From Verrucomicrobiota bacterium (GTDB taxonomy: Bacteria; Verrucomicrobiota; Verrucomicrobiia; Verrucomicrobiales; DEV007), in the NCBI GenBank assembly GCA_045046875.1, contig JASFYY010000094.1, forward strand, positions 1 to 30,849: a stretch of 30,849 nucleotides of DNA, written 5' to 3'. The position numbers were made by a program, and so were the translations under genes. The notes beneath the pieces are model-generated. The model saw nothing but the letters and a program-made list of their open reading frames with translations, was not told the origin of the DNA and did no database searches. Of the stretch, positions 9,521 through 16,377 are shown piece by piece (within the stretch, counting starts at the first letter, position 1; each line of letters opens with the position of its first letter).

Positions 9521-10207
9521 ATGGCTAAGAAAAAAGTAGTAAAAAAGAAAGTCGCCGCCAAAAAAACGGCAGCTAAGAAAAAAGCTCCAGCTAAAAAAGT
9601 GGCAGCTAAGAAAAAAGCTCCGGCTAAAAAAGTGGCAGCTAAGAAAAAGGCTCCAGCTAAAAAAGCAGCAGCTAAAAAAGCAGCAGCCAAAAAGGCACCT
9701 GCAAAAAAAGCGACACGCAAAAAGCCTGTTTCGCCTAAAAAGCGCACACGCAACAAGCAGTCCGTTAAAAATATCAAACGTATTGATTCCACTAAAACCC
9801 ACGGTTGGCAGGTTCACGTTCGTCGTGGTGGCCGCTTGAGAACTAAATTGTTCAGTGACCGCATCCACAAAGGGAAAACCAAAGCACTCACCGCAGCTAA
9901 AGCTTATCGTGATGGCTTGGTCGACGAAATGGCAAAATTCGCCAAACCATTGTGGCGCATCAAACGCACCGCACGGACCAATACAGGTGAGCTGGGTGTT
10001 TCACAAACCCATTACACCAACCGTTCTGGCAAAAAACGTAAAGTGATCACGGTCACCGTTCGTTCAGAACTGGGCAAAGCCGTTAACCGCAAATTCTCTG
10101 TCGACAAGCTCGGCTATGATGAAGCGGTGAAACAGGCGGTTACCTGGCGTAACAAAGTTCTTAGAGCTCGTCTCAAAGAAGACAAATCACAAGGTCGCCC
10201 AGTATAG
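9521..10207 (+). CDS. Histone H1-like (PAKK/AAKK repeat) protein fused to two AP2-like DNA-binding domains
   Basis: About 65-aa Lys/Ala/Pro tail, then IKRID...GWQVHVRRGG....KLFSDRIHKGKTKALTAAKAYRD and TGELGVS....NRKFSVDKLGYDEAVKQAVTWR. Both fit the AP2 pattern (W.V...K.FS....G...A...A...R). Followed by a terminator. Confidence 0.8.
   Translation: MAKKKVVKKKVAAKKTAAKKKAPAKKVAAKKKAPAKKVAAKKKAPAKKAAAKKAAAKKAPAKKATRKKPVSPKKRTRNKQSVKNIKRIDSTKTHGWQVHVRRGGRLRTKLFSDRIHKGKTKALTAAKAYRDGLVDEMAKFAKPLWRIKRTARTNTGELGVSQTHYTNRSGKKRKVITVTVRSELGKAVNRKFSVDKLGYDEAVKQAVTWRNKVLRARLKEDKSQGRPV
9568..9666 (+). repeat. 3 x 33-bp coding tandem repeat (AAKKKAPAKKV)
   Basis: Near-identical units ggcagctaagaaaaa(a/g)gctcc(a/g)gctaaaaaag(t/c) at 9568, 9601 and 9634. 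Confidence 0.92.
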
Positions 10208-10231
10208 ACTGGTAACCTTGAAAAAGTTAAT

Positions 10232-10266
10232 AAAGAGTCGTCCCTCAACGGGGCGGCTCTTTTTTT
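10232..10266 (+). terminator. Rho-independent terminator
   Basis: Stem AGAGTCGTCCC / GGGGCGGCTCT (with G-U pairs), loop TCAAC, followed by a T-run; about 25 nt after the stop at 10207. Confidence 0.85.
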
Positions 10267-10466
10267 ATACCAAACCCATTACATTCCGCATCCAGGCAGC
10301 AATGCCCGCGAGTTATTTGCAATTTGCCTTTAAGTGGGCCGGATACTGCAAAGCTATTGGAAAAAGGCGCAACGGACCCGCCCATTGCCACCTCTAAAAA
10401 AACGACAGCGTGTTATTTGATTCATATCTTTCTCAACTCCTGAACTCTGGCCCTGACCTCTTCCCC

Positions 10467-11930
10467 CTAAAACAACTCTTTGATTACTCGTCCCCCGTCA
10501 GAAAGGCTCACTGCCACTCCGTCCAGTTTTTTTAGTCCAAACTGGGTATTGATCCCAAGTTTACGATAGATAGTCTCGGCATAGTCATAAGGCGTGTAAA
10601 GATTATCCACCACCTCTCCGCCCTCCTTATCCGTCGCACCAATCACCTGCCCCCTCGGAACGCTCGCCCCTGCAAAAGCAATCGACATCGCCTTGCCCCA
10701 GTGATCACGCCCACCATATTGATTGATCTTCGGAGTTCGCCCCATCTCAGTGACAAAACACACCAAAGTATCATCTAACAAACCTCGTTGATCCATATCT
10801 TCGATCAAGGCGCTGAATGATCGATCGAGACTCGGCATCATCACCGGATGCGGTAATCCATAACGTTCCTGCTTGGCTTCTTTTGCCGGCCCACCACTGG
10901 GGCCGTTTTTGTAGATGCCATAATGATGATCCCAATTCAAAAAAGTACCATTGGGCTTGCCATATTCAGGACGCCCCACGTGTTCTCCCGGCTGAATCAC
11001 CGTCACCGTCACAAAGCGCACCCCCGATTCAATCAATCGTCGCCCCAGCAAATAACAAGATCCACGGTGATCTCGCCCATAACGATCACGTGTTTTGTCA
11101 GATTCTTTTGACAGTTCGAATGCAGCTTGCGCAGCTGGACTGGTCAGCAGGTCAAAAGCGTGCTCCGTGTGTGTTTTCATCGCCCGGCCTTCAACCGAAT
11201 CCGCCACCGGAGCCCCGTCCAACGCTTTCAATAATTCCATCCGCTCTCCAAAACGGCTGGAATTCAATTGTGGCAAAGCCTGCAGGGAATTCACCTTCCA
11301 ATCAGGATCCGCCACATTCTCACCCAGATTCTTTGTTCCTAACTTCCACGGAGCCCGGCTTTTCGACAGGAACCCGGTACTGGAAACCGCATTCGGCATA
11401 TTGATTCCCGGGCAAAAAATATAACCAGGCATTTCCTTGCGCTCTGTTCCCAACTTTTCCGTCACCACTGAACCAATATCAGGAAATTCGAAAGGCGAGT
11501 TAAAACGATAGCCTTTAAAAAATTCTTTACAGCACTCCATATGCCCAGCCACCGAGGCAGAGGTCATCGAACGCACCACTGACAGCTTGTCTGCCTGCTT
11601 GGCGATCATCGGCATTAGTGAAGAAAAATGGACACCTGGCACATTGGTTCTGATCGGAGCAAATGGGGAACGGTGATCAGCTAAAGCCTCTGGTTTCGGG
11701 TCCCAGGAGTCCATCTGGCTGATCCCGCCCTCTTCGTAAATGACCAATACCCTCTTCGCGGCAGGCTCATCCTCCACCTGCCTCCCCTTGCCTCCCTTTG
11801 CCAGGGAATCCATCGCCAACATTTCCGCGAGCCCGCAACCCATCATGCCGCCGGACACCGACTTCATGAATTGTCGCCGTTGTATTCTTTTATACTCCGG
11901 CTCCGTTTTTTTATGTAAATGGATGTTCAT
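10467..11930 (-). CDS. DUF1501 domain protein with Tat-like signal
   Basis: RRQFMK twin-arginine motif, GGISQMDSWDPKP, RRLIESGVRFV, WDHH, RGLLDDTLV...EMGRTP, GRDHW, G.VIGATD. Start moved to ATG 11930, nearer the Tat motif; start uncertain. Confidence 0.9.
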   Translation of the reverse strand: MNIHLHKKTEPEYKRIQRRQFMKSVSGGMMGCGLAEMLAMDSLAKGGKGRQVEDEPAAKRVLVIYEEGGISQMDSWDPKPEALADHRSPFAPIRTNVPGVHFSSLMPMIAKQADKLSVVRSMTSASVAGHMECCKEFFKGYRFNSPFEFPDIGSVVTEKLGTERKEMPGYIFCPGINMPNAVSSTGFLSKSRAPWKLGTKNLGENVADPDWKVNSLQALPQLNSSRFGERMELLKALDGAPVADSVEGRAMKTHTEHAFDLLTSPAAQAAFELSKESDKTRDRYGRDHRGSCYLLGRRLIESGVRFVTVTVIQPGEHVGRPEYGKPNGTFLNWDHHYGIYKNGPSGGPAKEAKQERYGLPHPVMMPSLDRSFSALIEDMDQRGLLDDTLVCFVTEMGRTPKINQYGGRDHWGKAMSIAFAGASVPRGQVIGATDKEGGEVVDNLYTPYDYAETIYRKLGINTQFGLKKLDGVAVSLSDGGRVIKELF

Positions 11931-12033
11931 TATCCCGGGGGGAAGATAGAGGGGCATCGTCATAAAAAACGACGCTGAGAGCAAGCCTATTCAGTCTCTA
12001 TGACTCTATGACAGGGAATTCGTTCGAAACAAA

Positions 12034-13575
12034 TCAGGGTTTTTCTTTCGAATCAGCAGGAACTTTCTTCTCCGCTGCCGGTGCTGGAGTAGCCTCAGGC
12101 TTCGGTGTTGCCTTGGCTGGTGGCGAAGGGGCTGGAGGCTCGACTGGAGGTTTTGATACTGGTGGAGCTGCCGCTGCCCGTTTTCTGGCAATCAGATCCT
12201 CCCACTGATGCAACTGGTACCCCTCCCCCAATCCACCCATGCGGCCGAGCAAATCCGAGCACCTTTGATGCCATTTTTTTAGATCAGGAGCATCCTTCTT
12301 TTCCTCTTTTGATCCGGGGAAGAGCAGATAAGTCACTTTCAGGTCACTCACCGGACGACTGTAGGGGTTGGATTTGGGATTCAATTGTTTAGCGATGCGT
12401 AAAGAAGCCTCCCCCATCTGGAAAGCCGGCCCCGCATCTCCCACGATCGCAGGATAAATCTTATCCTGATAAACCACCGCTGCATAGTCGCCAAACGATG
12501 GAGCAAAAGCATTCTCCTTGGTTTTTCCCACCATTGACAAAGGGATGACAATAAAAGGGTCCGCCTCGGCGATCAAAAAACTGCGCCCCTTCAAATCGGC
12601 AATCTCACGTTTCAACAAGTCGATGTTTGATTTCAAAAAACGATTCCTCTCAATACTCAACCCTTTGATCTTGAACTCGGTTTCATATTTTTTGAGCTTG
12701 GCCACCCGCCCCGCCAACAAAGGATTGGGAGTTTTGGTTTTTTTCGCCCAGCCATAACTGGTGAATGGCTGGTAGTTGGCCGACATCGAAATGTATTCGT
12801 CCAATTTTGGCCAACGGTCTCCGTCCGAACCATCTGACACCACATCCATCTCCCCCTGCATCAGCAATACCTTCTGCTGGGTTTCAGGGTGCTGCAGTTC
12901 CAATATGGTCTCACAATCAAAAAAATGATGGCGGGACAAAACCCGGTTCAAACGAGTGAGGTAATGCTGCACTCGTTGCTGTTTTAAATCATACAAATGA
13001 TAATAAAAAGGCGAGACCTTGCCGCTCTCCACCATCGCTCCCAAACCGGGCAACATCTTCGGCAGATGTTCATTCAGGCCGGTCAATTCCTGCAAACTCT
13101 GATTCGCCTTGGGCACCTTGATTTTGATCGCCAACTCAATCACATAACTGGACGGATCCTCCCGCTCGACAGAAGCCGAACGCCCTTCCTCGGTCTGCAA
13201 TTCGGAGCGTATCTCAATACCATTATACAATTGGGCTGTATCAATTTTTTTATACGCCACAAACTTCGAAGGCATCGGTTCGGGCTCTGCCTCGACCGGA
13301 ACCCTGATGATTTTCTCCACCACCCGCTCGACAATTTTCTCCACCACCACCGGATCCGCTGTGCCTTCCTGCTCTTTTTCCACCTCGCTGACCGCTTCCA
13401 CCATCGCGCTGTCCTCGGGTTTCATCTTGCCGACTTCCCCTCCACCAAAAAAATACACCATGCCGGGCGCCGATACCACCGCCAGCAACACCACAAAAAG
13501 TAAAATCCTCCCCGCTGTTAAACCACGCGATTGACGTTTACTTTTTGATTTCCCTGTTCCAGATTCTGAACTCAT
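12034..13575 (-). CDS. Membrane-anchored glycoside hydrolase family 75 (chitosanase-like) protein
   Basis: EMDVVSDGSD, PFIVIP, GDYAAVVY...IYPAIVGDAGP...GEASL, VTYLLFPGS match the GH75 pattern with catalytic Asp/Glu retained; one N-terminal TM helix; Pro/Ala/Lys C-terminal tail. Confidence 0.8.
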   Translation of the reverse strand: MSSESGTGKSKSKRQSRGLTAGRILLFVVLLAVVSAPGMVYFFGGGEVGKMKPEDSAMVEAVSEVEKEQEGTADPVVVEKIVERVVEKIIRVPVEAEPEPMPSKFVAYKKIDTAQLYNGIEIRSELQTEEGRSASVEREDPSSYVIELAIKIKVPKANQSLQELTGLNEHLPKMLPGLGAMVESGKVSPFYYHLYDLKQQRVQHYLTRLNRVLSRHHFFDCETILELQHPETQQKVLLMQGEMDVVSDGSDGDRWPKLDEYISMSANYQPFTSYGWAKKTKTPNPLLAGRVAKLKKYETEFKIKGLSIERNRFLKSNIDLLKREIADLKGRSFLIAEADPFIVIPLSMVGKTKENAFAPSFGDYAAVVYQDKIYPAIVGDAGPAFQMGEASLRIAKQLNPKSNPYSRPVSDLKVTYLLFPGSKEEKKDAPDLKKWHQRCSDLLGRMGGLGEGYQLHQWEDLIARKRAAAAPPVSKPPVEPPAPSPPAKATPKPEATPAPAAEKKVPADSKEKP

Positions 13576-13695
13576 CTTGACAACTTGCTATATCTTCATT
13601 TCCCTTCAATAAATAAACCATCTATTGCCAAAGCTCAAGATTCCCCTGCTCTACTTTTAATAAAAACTCTCCATCCCGCTGATCAATTAAATACC

Positions 13696-14058
13696 ATGAT
13701 GACCATCCGTCCACTCTCTGAACAAAAACCCTTCACCACCAAGGATGGTTCGACCATCCGCAGCATCCTCGATTGCGCCAATGCCCCCGTTGCCAATCAA
13801 AGCCTCGCTGAAGCCACTCTGCCGCCCAACGCAGCAACCGAACGCCACTACCATCGCCTGTCCGAAGAATTCTATTTCATTCTCGAAGGCAACGGCACGA
13901 TGGAGATCGACGGCGAATCAAAACCCGTCACCATCGGCGATGCCATCCTCATTCCCCCCGGTGCCTGGCACCAAATCACCGCCGACGCGCAATCGCCACT
14001 CAAACTGCTCTGCTGCTGCGCCCCACCCTACTCCCACGAAGACACCTATTTCGAATAA
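13696..14058 (+). CDS. Cupin-2 domain protein
   Basis: SLAEATL, HYH..SEEFYFILEGNG.MEIDGE, GDAILIPPGAWHQI, CCAPPYSHEDT. ATG 13696/13699 is preferred over the upstream TTG extension. Confidence 0.9.
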   Translation: MMTIRPLSEQKPFTTKDGSTIRSILDCANAPVANQSLAEATLPPNAATERHYHRLSEEFYFILEGNGTMEIDGESKPVTIGDAILIPPGAWHQITADAQSPLKLLCCCAPPYSHEDTYFE

Positions 14059-14061
14059 TTT

Positions 14062-14086
14062 GTAGGGCGACCGCTCCGCTTGCCCT
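14062..14086 (+). repeat. GTAG-type REP-like palindrome
   Basis: GTAG overlapping an imperfect palindrome AGGGCGA..TTGCCCT, 3 nt after the cupin stop; single copy in the window. Confidence 0.5.
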
Positions 14087-14135
14087 TTCCCCGCCTTAAT
14101 CCACATTCCATAAAACACTTTACCCTTTAAACACC

Positions 14136-15611
14136 ATGACCCACACAAGCAAAATCCTATGCTTCCTTTTACCTGCGATCACCTTTACCAGCTGTAACGA
14201 ATCAAAGCCATCCCCCTCCGAATCCGCTGTGAAAACGGGTCAAGGCATCATGGTCGGAGAAGTCACAGCGAACACCGCCTTGCTTCAAGTCCGCCTCACC
14301 AAAAGCGATCAGCTCACCGATCATGATTTACCCGGCCAGGGAGGCATCGTGGAGTTCACTATCAGCGGTGATAAAAAACAAACCCTCATCGCCAAAGCAG
14401 AAGCCTCACACGACTTCATCGCCCGGGTTCAATTCGACCAACTCAAAGCCGGAACCCCATACCAATGCAAAACCCGGATCGGTGTCGACAAAGATCATCT
14501 CAGCGACGGCCCCACTGCCACTTTCAAAACCCTGCCGGGAGCCGATTCCGACCAAGCCGTTCGTTTTGTCGTCGTCACCGGCATGAACTACGCCAAATTC
14601 CACGGTGACCACCGCATTGATAAAGCCGAGCACCTGCTGGAAAACAATACCAAGTTGCCCGACGCCTACACCGGCGCCGACAAAGATCTCGGTTACCCCG
14701 CTCTTGCCGCCATCCTCAAAGCCAAACCCGATTTTTTCGTCGCCACCGGTGACAACGTCTATTACGACACCCCCAACAACCCGCAGGCGCGGGAGATCTC
14801 CGAACTGCGTCAAAAATGGCACGAACAATTTGTCCAACCCCGCTACAAAGAACTCTTCGCCGCCGTGCCAACCTACTGGATGGTCGACGACCACGACTAC
14901 CGCACCGACGACTGCGACAACAGCGGTGACTACGAACCCTCACCCGCTCTTGGCAAACGCATCATGCTCGAGCAACTGCCCTACGCCAAAATGGACGACG
15001 CCGATGCCATCACCTACCGCACCCATCGTGTATCCCGCGATCTGCAGATCTGGTTGCCCGAAGGCCGCATCCATCGCAGCCCCAACGCCATGCCCGACGG
15101 CCCCGACAAAACCATCTGGGGCGCCAGGCAAAAAGCCTGGATCAAAAAAACGCTCAGCGAGAGTGACGCCAAATACAAGCTCTTCATCTCTCCCACCCCG
15201 ATGCTCGGCCCCGACGATCTGCGCAAAAAAGACAACCACACCAACCACGGCGGATTTCGCAACGAACGAGATGACTTTTTTGCTTTTCTCAAAGACAGCG
15301 GGGTCGACCAAAAAGGTTTCTTTTTCATCTGCGGCGACCGCCACTGGCAGTACCACTCCGTTGACTCAAGCGGACTCGAAGAATTCTCCTGCGGCGCCCT
15401 GATCGACGCCAACTCTCGCCTCGGACGCAAACCGGGCGACCCCAAATCCACCGACCCCGACGGCCTGATCAAACAACCCTACTACCAAACCCCCAGATCC
15501 GGAGGTTTCCTCATGGTCGAAGTCCAACCCGAAGGTAAGGCCGACGCCAAACTCAAAGTCACCTGGCACGACGAACATGGGGAGGTCCTGCACACTACGA
15601 AAAAGAATTGA
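14136..15611 (+). CDS. phoD: Alkaline phosphatase D (PhoD-like) metallophosphatase, lipoprotein
   Basis: GIMVGEVT N-domain, GDNVYYD, WMVDDHD, IWGARQKAWIK, CGDRHWQY; lipobox TFTS|C. Confidence 0.85.
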   Translation: MTHTSKILCFLLPAITFTSCNESKPSPSESAVKTGQGIMVGEVTANTALLQVRLTKSDQLTDHDLPGQGGIVEFTISGDKKQTLIAKAEASHDFIARVQFDQLKAGTPYQCKTRIGVDKDHLSDGPTATFKTLPGADSDQAVRFVVVTGMNYAKFHGDHRIDKAEHLLENNTKLPDAYTGADKDLGYPALAAILKAKPDFFVATGDNVYYDTPNNPQAREISELRQKWHEQFVQPRYKELFAAVPTYWMVDDHDYRTDDCDNSGDYEPSPALGKRIMLEQLPYAKMDDADAITYRTHRVSRDLQIWLPEGRIHRSPNAMPDGPDKTIWGARQKAWIKKTLSESDAKYKLFISPTPMLGPDDLRKKDNHTNHGGFRNERDDFFAFLKDSGVDQKGFFFICGDRHWQYHSVDSSGLEEFSCGALIDANSRLGRKPGDPKSTDPDGLIKQPYYQTPRSGGFLMVEVQPEGKADAKLKVTWHDEHGEVLHTTKKN

Positions 15612-15684
15612 ACCGCAGCCGCCGCGAAGCAAGACAGCCGGAGAAAAATACTCAAAGGCAAATAACGCGGATTTGCGCGGATAA
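15608..15684 (-). repeat. ATCCGCG-unit intergenic repeat, copy A (with nested insert)
   Basis: Reverse complement TTATCCGCGCAAATCCGCGTTAT[TTGCCTTTGAGTATTTTTCTCCGGCTGTCTTGCTTCGCGGCGG]CTGCGGTTCAA aligns closely with 18981-19055; its end contains the phoD stop codon. Confidence 0.85.
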
Positions 15685-15730
15685 AAGGAGGAAGAAGACA
15701 GGAACGGTGATAAGGAAAATATTTTAGAAT

Positions 15731-16234
15731 ATGCCCATAGAACATCACGCATTTTCAGCAGGTGAGTTTATCCTACTCGCAGACAGAGAAAAACTGAAAG
15801 AAATTGAGAATAAATACCGTGAAACATTTTTGCTTTGCGACGTGATAGCTAAAAATATGGCCGAACATGCTGGACAGAAAATTTTCGTAACAAAAGTCCG
15901 CATGTTTCACATGGGGATACCGATCTATGAACTAGAGAGAATTCCCGGCCACTGGCCTGAGGAAACAATTCTCGATCTAAGCCTGCAGCAACACTCTGAA
16001 CACGAAATATATTCACGAGCATCCGACCACTATCATGCCAAAGCAAATGTCAAATCAGGCCGTGGTTTGGTTCAAATTCTAGACACAAAAAATCAAATCT
16101 ACAGTTCTCTCATTAAAAACCACGCCGCAGAGACTGCTGCCAGTATCAACGAAGTCTCACAAATCCGATCCAAGATGAATTTTGAGATACGCTATGGTTT
16201 TGATGGAGAATGTTCAATACCAGAAAAATCTTAA
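15731..16234 (+). CDS. Hypothetical protein, AT-rich, enclosed by inverted repeats
   Basis: 167-aa ORF with AAGGA upstream; visibly more AT-rich than its neighbours; no family confidently recognised. Confidence 0.7.
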   Translation: MPIEHHAFSAGEFILLADREKLKEIENKYRETFLLCDVIAKNMAEHAGQKIFVTKVRMFHMGIPIYELERIPGHWPEETILDLSLQQHSEHEIYSRASDHYHAKANVKSGRGLVQILDTKNQIYSSLIKNHAAETAASINEVSQIRSKMNFEIRYGFDGECSIPEKS

Positions 16235-16287
16235 TGCCACTCTGATTCCTTCTCAAAAAAACTCTCATCTCTTCATATTTCTGACTC

Positions 16288-16362
16288 TTATCCGTGCTAA
16301 TTTGCCTTCGGTCAGTTTCCTCCGGCTGTCTCCTTTCAGTCGGCTGTGCCATCCGCGGTCAA
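16288..16362 (+). repeat. ATCCGCG-unit intergenic repeat, copy B (insert in second unit)
   Basis: TTATCCGTGCTAAT[TTGCCTTCGGTCAGTTTCCTCCGGCTGTCTCCTTTCAGTCGG]CTGTGCCATCCGCGGTCAA; inverted relative to copy A. Confidence 0.82.
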
Positions 16363-16377
16363 TTCTTTCCGACAACC

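Noticed and set aside
9302..9868. Minus-strand ORFs of 188 aa and 94 aa
   Set aside because: Antisense shadows of the Lys/Ala repeat gene, with Phe/Cys- or Phe/Ala-rich low complexity.
10467..11930. DUF1501 gene without adjacent DUF1549/DUF1553 genes as a novelty
   Set aside because: DUF1501 is a large paralogous family in PVC genomes and solitary copies are not unusual.
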